Below are positions 1 through 7,920 of a stretch of 32,000 bases of DNA, piece by piece (position 1 is the first letter of the stretch; each line of letters opens with the position of its first letter). The stretch is from positions 1,380,001 to 1,412,000 of the forward strand of contig NC_014972.1 in the NCBI RefSeq assembly GCF_000186885.1, given 5' to 3'. Source of the DNA: Desulfobulbus propionicus DSM 2032. Lineage in GTDB: Bacteria; Desulfobacterota; Desulfobulbia; Desulfobulbales; Desulfobulbaceae. The notes under the pieces are model-generated. The model was not told the origin of the DNA and did not search any database. It was given only the letters and a program-made list of their open reading frames with translations. A program made the translations under genes and the position numbers.

Positions 1-945
1 TGATTGCTCGTCACCGGCGAACAAATAGATGCTTTTGCCGTCCGGCGTCGTTCCCAGCAGTTCACCGGCCTGAACGTTCTTCTTCAACACCACCCGCCGT
101 TCAGGGCGGGCTATGGCCGATTCGGCGGGCAGGATCGGCCTCTTGCCCGCACCGATGCGGTAGAGGTGCTTGCGGAACAGGGCAACCTTATCCTTGTCCC
201 GGAGCTTGAGGTTAGTGTAGGCGGCATGGGGAATCAGACCGCCGATGGTCAGCTTGAGCGGTTGACGGCGCTGCTGGAACATCTCGCCAATCAACATCAG
301 GGTCGACAGCGGCTTGAACAGCATCGAAGCCGAGTAAAAGGCGAGCGAGTTGCGGGCACGGACATGGATGGGCAGGATCGGCGCCTTGGCGCGGGCCGCC
401 AGGCGGAGAAACCCTTTGCGCCAGGGGCCATCCTGAATGCCCTTGGGGGACAGGCGCGACACCTCTCCGGCCGGAAAGATGATCACCGCTTCCTCGTTGG
501 CCAGGGAACGCTCAATGTGACCGATCTGCTCCTTGCGGGTCACGCCGGTCATCACCCTGACCGACAGCAAGCAGGGACGAAGCGGCGTGATTGCCTCCAA
601 CAGGTCGTTGGCGACAATGCGGACATCGGGACGGCAGTCATGCACCAACTTGAGCAGAGCCAGGCCATCCAAGGTGCCGATGGGGTGATTGGCGATGATC
701 ATGACCCGTCCGCTAGCCGGAATATGCTCCCGTTCGCGTTCGGCAACCGTATAGGTGCACTGCAGGGATTCCAACACCTGCTCGACAAAATCCATGCCGC
801 GCAAATGGGGGTACTGCTCGGCAAAACGGACAAAGCGATCCTCGTGGAGAAGACGGCGAAGCACGCTGCGGAGCGGCGAGGAGAGGAGGGGCCGGGCAGC
901 CAGACCAGGAGAATACCGGGTGAGCAGGGCATCAACGGTGAACAT
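1..945 (-). CDS. Lysophospholipid acyltransferase (PlsC/hemolysin-like) family protein, partial (3' end beyond window start)
   Basis: Reverse-strand frame starting ATG at 945 gives MFTVDALLTRYSPGLAARPLLSSPLRSVLRRLLHEDRF...VMIIANHPIGTLDGLALLKLVHDCRPDVRIVAND...EAVIIFPAGEVSRLSPKGIQDGPWRKGFLRLAARAKAPILPIHV. It carries NHPxGxxDG (NHx4D-type) and FPAGEVS motifs typical of acyltransferases. It is absent from the ORF track because it is truncated. Confidence 0.85.
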   Translation of the reverse strand, partial: MFTVDALLTRYSPGLAARPLLSSPLRSVLRRLLHEDRFVRFAEQYPHLRGMDFVEQVLESLQCTYTVAEREREHIPASGRVMIIANHPIGTLDGLALLKLVHDCRPDVRIVANDLLEAITPLRPCLLSVRVMTGVTRKEQIGHIERSLANEEAVIIFPAGEVSRLSPKGIQDGPWRKGFLRLAARAKAPILPIHVRARNSLAFYSASMLFKPLSTLMLIGEMFQQRRQPLKLTIGGLIPHAAYTNLKLRDKDKVALFRKHLYRIGAGKRPILPAESAIARPERRVVLKKNVQAGELLGTTPDGKSIYLFAGDEQS

Positions 946-994
946 GGATGTTCTCCAAAAGGGGGGTGATGAAGAGAAACCTGTCTCGGTTGTC

Positions 995-1762
995 TCAGGC
1001 GAAGGACCGATGCTCCCGGTACCCCAGCCACTGCTCGCGGAAGGACAACGGGAAGGCGGGCCGGTTGCTCTTTGTAGCCCTGAGCGGCTCCACATCGAAC
1101 TCCAGAGTGATCCCGGGCAGGTCCGAAGGACACGCGGCGACGCTGACCCTTGCAATCGGCGCGAACCGGGCGTGCAGCAGGCAGAGCATGCCGCCTGGGG
1201 CGTCCTCCTGGACATGGTGGGTGGCGTAGCGGGAGGGGGCGGTCAACACCTGCCACTCCTTGGCATGTAGGGCGGCGGCGCGATCGGCGCACAGGGCCAC
1301 CGCGCCGTACGGCTCCCGAAGCAAGGGGTGGGTGAACAGGGCGGCCAGCTGCATGTTCCGGATCAAAGCCACCGAGGCGAGATGGACATTGAGCACGAGG
1401 ACCGAGGCGTTGCGTTTGCGAATCAGGGCAAACTGGACGGTGGTCGTCTCTTGGCGGGTACCGATGGCAAAGCTGCCGCTGTTCAAGACCCAGATTCCGC
1501 TGGCGGTCAACAGGGCCAGGCCTCGGGCGACACCTTCCTGTTCCGAATGGCAGCGTGCTGTCGCAAAGCAGCTGCGGGTCAACCCGAGTCGGCCTGCCAA
1601 CAGGGTGCTGGCGGGCGCCCGGCCATCAGCGCCATGGACAAGCGATTGGCAGCACAACAGGTCGATTGTGTAGCGGTCGTCCAGAGTCGTCTTGGCATCG
1701 AACTCTTTCAAAAGTGCGTCAGCGTGCGTTGCATCCAGGTTTATCATTCGGAACATGATCAT
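995..1762 (-). CDS. Endonuclease/exonuclease/phosphatase-like protein, diverged
   Basis: ORF 995..1849; likely start at internal ATG (1762, MIMFRMINLD). The segment VLVLNVHLASVALIRNMQLAALFTHPLLREPYGAVALCADRAA resembles the EEP pattern 'v.N.HL....R..QL..l......p.vl.GDFNa', but key residues are changed. Confidence 0.5.
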   Translation of the reverse strand: MIMFRMINLDATHADALLKEFDAKTTLDDRYTIDLLCCQSLVHGADGRAPASTLLAGRLGLTRSCFATARCHSEQEGVARGLALLTASGIWVLNSGSFAIGTRQETTTVQFALIRKRNASVLVLNVHLASVALIRNMQLAALFTHPLLREPYGAVALCADRAAALHAKEWQVLTAPSRYATHHVQEDAPGGMLCLLHARFAPIARVSVAACPSDLPGITLEFDVEPLRATKSNRPAFPLSFREQWLGYREHRSFA

Positions 1763-2177
1763 CTCTCGTGGCAAAGGGCTGTCAAACCGGCATGTTCTGG
1801 CGCGGACCGCGCTCCATGCCGGGGTGAAACGCCTGTCTTGTACCCCCACACTGTTGGTTTTTGGTCAGCGTACCATCAGGCTTTGGTGAGGAGTGGCTCC
1901 CGGCTGCGCTCTTTGGCTCGACGCCCGCTTTGGCCGCACCCGTCGGGATGGGGCGCCAAGACCGTCGCCGCCTGGATGGAAGTCATCTCCACGGCGGTTG
2001 TTACGGCAGGATCAGCAGGCACTTAGGATTCGATCAAGCACCGCGTTGTTGGCCGCACTGACCAAAACATAATCAATCCATAACGTTGGTTTAAAAACAG
2101 GCTCGTAGAGTGGGAGGCAGAACAGAAGACAAAAACGGATTGAGCGCCGATCAGGCGTTGACAGCAGACCCCCAACC

Positions 2178-3071
2178 ATGCGATTCGCCATTTCCTTCAC
2201 CTTCTCTCCCGGCACCCCGCTTTGGCATATTGGCACCCAATGGCTGGGACGGGATGCCCTCAGCGGCCAGAATTTCGCACCACCCAAGGTCCTTGGCCTG
2301 GACGCCGAAACCCTGCGGGAACTGACCCGGATACCTGCCCGCCACGGCCTGCAGGCTCCTCTTGTCCCGCTGTTTCGGCTTAAACCACCTCTGACCGAGG
2401 CAGATCTGAAGGCAGCTTTGGTGGATTTTTCCAGCCGGCAGTCGCCGTTCGCTTTACCGCCCCTTGCCCTCTGCCACGTTAACCGTGCGTTCAGCCTCTG
2501 TCCCTGTCGGCATTTTCCCGCCCTCCAGGCCCTGGCCGCCCGCTGTACCCGTGCCTTCGATCGGCTGCGTGCCCCACTCAATCCGAGCGAACTGGCCAAA
2601 CACAAGGCGCAACCGCTCAGCGGCCAGGAAAAAAGGAACTTGGAGATGTGGGGGAACCCGTACGTTTTTGAGCAATACCGTTTCGCCTTTCCCTTGACCG
2701 GCCGGATGGCCGAAGGCCGTCAGAAGGAGCTGGTGCACAGTGCCCTGCAGACCTTCTTTGGTCCGGCGCTGGCCCAACCTGTCGTGCTGGACAGCCTGTA
2801 CCTTTTTGTCGAACCGGAGCACGGTCAGCCGCTCAGCGGCGTCCACCGGTTTCCCTTGACTCTGCCCTCATCCGAACCTGGGGATCGCATCAGCCATGAC
2901 CCGCAGTTCCTCGACCAAGACCTTCATTCTCGATACCAATCCTGGTCGTGGTCCTGGAGCAGCGGACCCCGTATCGTCAGATCATGCTCGCCCGGCCAAT
3001 CGTTCCCCTGTCCAACAAGGAGATCGGCTACCTGCCCGGCGACAGCCAGTCCAACGGGCTCAGCCACCTGA
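2178..3071 (+). CDS. DUF1045 family (phosphonate-metabolism-associated, 2H-phosphoesterase-like) protein; 3' part of ORF reads through a phoH remnant
   Basis: MRFAISFTFSPGTPLWHIGTQWLGRDALSGQ...RAFDRLRAPLNPSELAKHK...LSGQEKRNLEMWGNPYVFEQYRFAFPLTGRM...LFVEPEHGQPLSGVHRFPL matches the DUF1045 layout from memory. Family homology ends near 2870; the rest is not family-like. Confidence 0.75.
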   Translation: MRFAISFTFSPGTPLWHIGTQWLGRDALSGQNFAPPKVLGLDAETLRELTRIPARHGLQAPLVPLFRLKPPLTEADLKAALVDFSSRQSPFALPPLALCHVNRAFSLCPCRHFPALQALAARCTRAFDRLRAPLNPSELAKHKAQPLSGQEKRNLEMWGNPYVFEQYRFAFPLTGRMAEGRQKELVHSALQTFFGPALAQPVVLDSLYLFVEPEHGQPLSGVHRFPLTLPSSEPGDRISHDPQFLDQDLHSRYQSWSWSWSSGPRIVRSCSPGQSFPCPTRRSATCPATASPTGSAT

Positions 3072-3166
3072 TCGAAAAGATGCAGGGGCAGCCGCTCTAT
3101 GCCCATGTCAACCTTGAAAAAGGCGAGCGTTCCGAACTCGCCATGCTTGCCAGTGAACTGCTATGA
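2896..3166 (+). pseudogene. phoH-like gene remnant with internal deletions and a frameshift
   Basis: Three collinear pieces: 2896..2940 MTRSSSTKTFILDTN (PhoH/PIN N-terminus); 2942..3043 in another frame LVVVLEQRTPYRQIMLARPIVPLSNKEIGYLPGD; 3044..3166 SQSNGLSHLIEKMQGQPLYAHVNLEKGERSELAMLASELL* (PhoH C-terminus). Confidence 0.8.
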
Positions 3167-3855
3167 GCCTCAAACAGTACCTTCTGTCCAATCGCTCCCC
3201 TCTCCGGACCCTGGTTCCCCTCTGCCTGGCCCTGCTACTCATGGCTGCCGCCGGTTCCCAGTCGCCGGTACTGCGTTACCGTGAGCAAACCGGAGACGAT
3301 CAGTTCATCTTCACGTGGCAGATAAACAGGGACGTTGATGGCATCACCGTGATGCAGCAGCAGGGTGACGAGATGTATAGCAGCCGCAACACTGCCGGAG
3401 GAGCGACCCAGAGCTGGCACTATGTCAAGCCGCCGGCCACCGATGTCCGGGTGGAACGCGACGGCAACCGACTGCGCTTCACCGGCCGCTTTGCCGGTGA
3501 AACGATTGACCGGATCCAGACCATCGATGGACGCCCATGGATGCAACCCCTCTCCTTCAGCCTGCAGCGGTTGGTTGGCGAAGAGCCGCAGGTCGCTCGT
3601 TTTTGGACCATCCGCCCCGATACCCTGGACGTGCTTGCCATGCAGGCGGAGACGGCGGGCAGCGAACCGGTGGCCATCGACAGCGGCGGCACCCGGAGGG
3701 CCAGCAAGGTGGTCATTCGTCCCGAGGGGTTGCTCAGCGCTTTCTGGCAGGCCGAGTACTGGTTCCGTGACGGCGACAACATGTTCCTGCAATATCGGGG
3801 AACCCACGAACCTCCCGGCACGGCCGAAACCCGGATCTGCCTGATTACCCCCTGA
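3163..3855 (+). CDS. Hypothetical exported protein
   Basis: 230-aa ORF with N-terminal hydrophobic signal-like segment (PLCLALLLMAAAGSQS). Its start overlaps the phoH stop as ATGA. Confidence 0.65.
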   Translation: MSLKQYLLSNRSPLRTLVPLCLALLLMAAAGSQSPVLRYREQTGDDQFIFTWQINRDVDGITVMQQQGDEMYSSRNTAGGATQSWHYVKPPATDVRVERDGNRLRFTGRFAGETIDRIQTIDGRPWMQPLSFSLQRLVGEEPQVARFWTIRPDTLDVLAMQAETAGSEPVAIDSGGTRRASKVVIRPEGLLSAFWQAEYWFRDGDNMFLQYRGTHEPPGTAETRICLITP

Positions 3856-4879
3856 CGGCACAGGCCTGGGAACATGGGGCAATGGCGTGATTGATCGCCA
3901 GATTGCCCAGGAACTGGCGGGTGCAGGCCTCCCACGAGTACCGCGCGGCCATCTCCCTGCAGGCAGTGCGGGAAAGGGTGAGCGCTCTCAGGGCCGCTCG
4001 GCCCAGATCGGCATCGAGGCAGCCGTTGATCCCTTCGCGGATCAGGTGGCGGGGGCCGGTCACCGGGTAGGCGGCCACCGGCACGCCACAGGCATTGGCC
4101 TCCAGCAGGACGAGACCAAAAGTGTCGGTCAGGCTGGGGAAGACAAACACATCCGCCGCCGCCATCAGCCGCGCCAACTGTTCGCCGTGCTGGGCACCGG
4201 TGAACCGGACCAGCGGATAGGCCCGGCGCAGACGCGAATACTCCGGCCCATCGCCGATCACCCACTTTTCTCCCGGCAGATCCAGATCCAGGAAGGCGGG
4301 CAGATTTTTTTCCGGGGCCACCCGGCCAACATAGATAAAAAGAGGCCGTTGACAATCAACGGGCAGGCCGGGACGCGGTCGGAACAGGGCGGTGTCGACG
4401 CCGCGTGACCAGGGGACCAGAGGGGCAAAGCCCCGATCCCTCAGTTCGTCGATGATGGTTGGCGCGGCCATGGTGCGGCAGGCGGCGCCATGAAAGTGTT
4501 TGAGCAGGGCATAACTGAAGGCAAGCGGCATTGGCACGCGCATCCGCAGGTATTCGGGGAAGCGGGTGTGATACGAGGTGGTGAAGGCAAGGCCAATCCG
4601 GCGGCAGGCGGATCGGGTTGCCCATCCGAGCGGTCCCTCGGTGGCGATATGCACGGCATCGGGTTGCCATTCGGCCAGCAGGCGGCGGATGGCGGCCGGA
4701 CTGGTCAGCGACAGCCTGATTTCCGGATAGGTGGGGCAGGCCACTGTTTTAAACCGGTCCGGGGTGAGGGTGAGGAGGTCGTGCCCCCAGCCGCGCAGCG
4801 TTTCCGCGGTCCGCGTGAGCGTGGTGACGACGCCGTTAATTTGGGGATGCCAGGCATCGGTGGCGATACAGATTTTCAT
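3845..4879 (-). CDS. GT4-family glycosyltransferase (alpha-mannosyltransferase/SqdX-like)
   Basis: MKICIATDAWHPQINGVVTTLTRTAETLRGWGHDLLTLTPD...GRVAPEKNL...WVIGDGPEY...FPSLTDTFGLVLLEANACGVPVAAYPV; classic GT4 C-terminal motif. Start trimmed to ATG 4879. Confidence 0.93.
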   Translation of the reverse strand: MKICIATDAWHPQINGVVTTLTRTAETLRGWGHDLLTLTPDRFKTVACPTYPEIRLSLTSPAAIRRLLAEWQPDAVHIATEGPLGWATRSACRRIGLAFTTSYHTRFPEYLRMRVPMPLAFSYALLKHFHGAACRTMAAPTIIDELRDRGFAPLVPWSRGVDTALFRPRPGLPVDCQRPLFIYVGRVAPEKNLPAFLDLDLPGEKWVIGDGPEYSRLRRAYPLVRFTGAQHGEQLARLMAAADVFVFPSLTDTFGLVLLEANACGVPVAAYPVTGPRHLIREGINGCLDADLGRAALRALTLSRTACREMAARYSWEACTRQFLGNLAINHAIAPCSQACAVRG

Positions 4880-5648
4880 GTTGAACGGAAACCGCCTCGC
4901 GCAGGGGTTGATGGGTGGGCCATTCGATGATTCCCAGTTGGCCACAGGAATTTTCGGCCAAGGCTGTGCAGCTTTCCACCCAGTCGCCGGTGTTGGTGTA
5001 GAGCGTTGTGCCGATTTCACGAATCCCGGCCCGATGGATATGGCCGCAGATCAGGCCATCCACCCGGTGGGCCGCCGCCTCCCTGGCCACCAGGGCATCG
5101 AATTGGCCGATGCAATTGACCGCCCTTTTGGTCTGGTGTTTCAGCCAGGCAGAGAGGGTGCGGGGTCCGCGCTTTTTTGCAGGGAGTCGGATCGTGCACC
5201 AGCGGTTGCAGCGCAGCAGCAGGGCGTAGATCACCGAGCCCGTCGTGGCCAGCCAGGGACAGTGGCGGATCACCGGGTCAAAGGTATCGCCGTGCAGCAC
5301 CAGATAGCGGCGCCCGTCCACGGTCTGGTGGATGGCCGTGTTCTGGATGCGGATGTTGCTGATGGTGAGGCCGTCGAAGGCGCGCAGCAGGTGATCGTGG
5401 TTGCCGGGCAGGTAGATGACCTGGGTGCCGCCTGCCGCCTTAGCCAGCACGGTCTGGACGATGCGGTCATTGACCGCCGGCCAGTGCCAGGCCTTGTTCG
5501 CCTGGACCAGGTCAAAAATATCGCCGACCAGGTAAAGAAAATCGGAGTCGGTGTGGAGCAGGAAATCGAGCACCTGTTCGTTTTTCAGGCACCTCGTGCC
5601 CAGGTGGAGATCGGAGATCCAGATGGATCGGAAATGGTGCTGCGGCAT
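4836..5648 (-). CDS. UDP-2,3-diacylglucosamine diphosphatase-like metallophosphoesterase (LpxH family)
   Basis: SIWISDLHLGTR, LYLVGDIFDL, IYLPGNHDHLLR, LVLHGDTFDP, ICGHIHRAGI: full calcineurin-like/LpxH motif set. Overlaps the downstream GT4 gene by 44 bp. Confidence 0.9.
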   Translation of the reverse strand: MPQHHFRSIWISDLHLGTRCLKNEQVLDFLLHTDSDFLYLVGDIFDLVQANKAWHWPAVNDRIVQTVLAKAAGGTQVIYLPGNHDHLLRAFDGLTISNIRIQNTAIHQTVDGRRYLVLHGDTFDPVIRHCPWLATTGSVIYALLLRCNRWCTIRLPAKKRGPRTLSAWLKHQTKRAVNCIGQFDALVAREAAAHRVDGLICGHIHRAGIREIGTTLYTNTGDWVESCTALAENSCGQLGIIEWPTHQPLREAVSVQHENLYRHRCLASPN

Positions 5649-5821
5649 GGTGCGCCCTCCTTTGGGTTGTGCCGATGCGGGTCCGGGGCAGTTGGTGCCG
5701 GCCCTGCACGTCGATCGCCCGCCTTGTTTGCACCCTAACCGGGCAGCGTTACCCTTTGATCAGGGAGCTGTTTTTTTCCGATTGAAGGTTTGTTGCGGTT
5801 TGATGAGCCGAGCCGCGGTGG

Positions 5822-6874
5822 CTAAATACGATGCTGATGGACCTGGAAGGAGAGGATGGCGCCGGTGACCATGCTGCGGCCAAAATGGAGGAACAGGATG
5901 AGCCAGAGGGCCTTGAGGCCAAGGATGAGCAGCGGGTCGAGCAGCACCCGCAGGCCAGCGGCCATGTCGGGTCGGGGCAGACTGGGCTGGGGCAGGAGCA
6001 CACAGAGCAGGGCGCCAAAGACCATGGCCGCCACGGCCATCTTCTGATAGGCGGTGATGGCCGAGAATCCGCGAAAATCGGCGCGCAGCATCTCGGAGAG
6101 CACGCGCCAGATTTGGGAAACCATGAGGCTCAGCAGAAAGGCGCTCCGGTACCTGCCCTGCAGGAACCAATGGCAGGCGACCAGGCCGGTGACCGTATAG
6201 AGCAGGCAGGTCAGCCCCTGCACCGGCACCAGTTTGACCCCGGCCAGCCCGCCCTCGTAGACGGCCTTCTTGGTGGGGGCGGTGAAGACCACCGCCATCC
6301 GGTCGAGCAGTCTGCGGGCCAGAGGACCGCACTGATCCAGCGGTTTGCCGTAGCAGCAGCCAAAACTGAGACAGGCCAGGCGGCCAAGCCCCTCGCCGAT
6401 GATGTAGCCGATGGCCAGGGCGGCCAGCACGATCTGCCCGCTCAGCCGGGGCGTTGCCGTCAGCCAGCAGCCGAGATTGATCGCCAGGATGAGCACGGGG
6501 GCACTCACCAGCCCACAGAAAAAGGCCCCTCCGATGGTGAAGGTGTACCCTTTCTTTTCCACCAGGCGGGCAATCCGCCGGCTTGCCGGGACACAGAGCC
6601 CGACGATCAGCGTCAAGAGTGCCAGCAGCGGCACCATGGCCATGTGGGCCGCCTGCCCAAGGACGAGCACAAAGACCAGGCCGACGATGGCGGCACTGGC
6701 CAGAATCAGCCCGTACCAGGTGAAGTTGATGCCCTGCCAAAGGCTGCCTTCACCTCGGCGGACCGGCACGGCGGCCAGCACCTGAAAACGATCGGAGGGG
6801 AGATACCGCCAGCCAAGCGTGATGGCCACGGCGAACAGGGCCGCGGTGGTGCAGAGAAAGAGCGCTTCGGTCAT
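5822..6874 (-). CDS. Prolipoprotein diacylglyceryl transferase-like (Lgt family) membrane protein
   Basis: Multi-TM protein with GYIIGEGLGRLACLSFGCCYGKPL (Lgt-family 'GRLGCF..GCCYG' pattern). Track start 6883 is a TTG; ATG at 6874. Confidence 0.75.
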   Translation of the reverse strand: MTEALFLCTTAALFAVAITLGWRYLPSDRFQVLAAVPVRRGEGSLWQGINFTWYGLILASAAIVGLVFVLVLGQAAHMAMVPLLALLTLIVGLCVPASRRIARLVEKKGYTFTIGGAFFCGLVSAPVLILAINLGCWLTATPRLSGQIVLAALAIGYIIGEGLGRLACLSFGCCYGKPLDQCGPLARRLLDRMAVVFTAPTKKAVYEGGLAGVKLVPVQGLTCLLYTVTGLVACHWFLQGRYRSAFLLSLMVSQIWRVLSEMLRADFRGFSAITAYQKMAVAAMVFGALLCVLLPQPSLPRPDMAAGLRVLLDPLLILGLKALWLILFLHFGRSMVTGAILSFQVHQHRI

Positions 6875-6907
6875 AATGATCAAGAGGATGATGTGATCAA
6901 GTCGGTT

Positions 6908-7909
6908 TCACAACCGCCGTTTGCCGGCAATGGTTGAACGTACCCGGACATCGGTTTCCACCACCGGCCGTCCCAGGCCCAGCGAGAATCGACTCAGGAC
7001 ATCGGCGCGCCGCCGGTTGCACACCAGATCGTCGCTGAAGGTGACCACCTCCCGTTGAAAGAGGAGGATGTCGGTGGAACTGCCCGGCCGGTACAAGCTT
7101 TTCGGGCAACCCTTCTCCAACCGCATGCCCTTGGCGATCGGCTGCGGCGCGTCGTAGGCGTGGGTCGAGTAGCACTGGACGATGTCCCCGATCATCAGGG
7201 CCACCACCTCGATCATCGCCACCAGACCAACCTGGGTGCCCCCCTGTACGTCGGTGTCGATGATGGTCACCACCCGCCGGTTCTTGGCATGCAGGGAGGC
7301 CAGGGCAATCTGCGCCCGCGGGTTGCAGGAGTGGTACTGGCCGTCGATCTGGTAGAAGTCGATCACCTCGCCGCTCACCGGCACATGGTTGTAGTGATAT
7401 TTGTCCGGGGTCAGACGGAAGATGGCGAAATCGCCGCCAACGAAAAACGGAGGCCAGGGCAAATCCTCGCCCAGCAGTTCCGGGGCGGAGAAAAATTTTT
7501 CCTTGATGAACAGCTCCGGTGTCTCCTCCAGGGAACCGATCAGCACCTTGGCGTCGGCGGGCGCGACGATGGTCTCGTTGGCCTCGTCCATGGGACGGCA
7601 CTGCCAGTAGCGGATCTGCCGTTCAAACACCTGCCGGGGGGTGGTGAAACTGGCAGCCGGGGCTACACACTCCCGCCAGTCCACCCCCATTCGCTGCAGC
7701 AGTGCCGGACCCCGACGGCTATCCACCGGCAGGGTGCAGTCGAACTGGAGATACCCGAGCACACTGGACATCCGCTCCGAGGTCAGAGCGCGGAACAGGC
7801 TGGGTGCCTGCTCACGCACCCGGTTGTAGAGCAGGTCGATGAACCGGTCGGCGAACAGGTGTTCGCTGACGATTTCCCCTGTTTCGCGGACGATGTACTG
7901 ATGCTGCAT
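6908..7909 (-). CDS. psd: Phosphatidylserine decarboxylase family protein
   Basis: From ATG 7909: MQHQYIVRETGEIVSEHLF...IVAPADAKVL...DKYHYNHVPVSGEVIDFYQIDGQYHSCNP...VAMIEVVALMIGDI...GSSTDILLF. Confidence 0.88.
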   Translation of the reverse strand: MQHQYIVRETGEIVSEHLFADRFIDLLYNRVREQAPSLFRALTSERMSSVLGYLQFDCTLPVDSRRGPALLQRMGVDWRECVAPAASFTTPRQVFERQIRYWQCRPMDEANETIVAPADAKVLIGSLEETPELFIKEKFFSAPELLGEDLPWPPFFVGGDFAIFRLTPDKYHYNHVPVSGEVIDFYQIDGQYHSCNPRAQIALASLHAKNRRVVTIIDTDVQGGTQVGLVAMIEVVALMIGDIVQCYSTHAYDAPQPIAKGMRLEKGCPKSLYRPGSSTDILLFQREVVTFSDDLVCNRRRADVLSRFSLGLGRPVVETDVRVRSTIAGKRRL

Positions 7910-7920
7910 GGATCTTCTCC

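Noticed and set aside
4-969. 321-aa plus-strand ORF at the window start
   Set aside because: Antisense to the acyltransferase frame that carries the NHPIGTLDG and FPAGE motifs.
1763-2177. Possible gene fragment ending WGAKTVAAWMEVISTAVVTAGSAGT
   Set aside because: The short protein-like string is not assignable to a family and the surrounding frame is an antisense shadow; insufficient support.
5831-6937. 368-aa plus-strand ORF opposite the Lgt-like gene
   Set aside because: Low-complexity Q/G/H/D-rich shadow translation; the minus strand is clearly a membrane protein.
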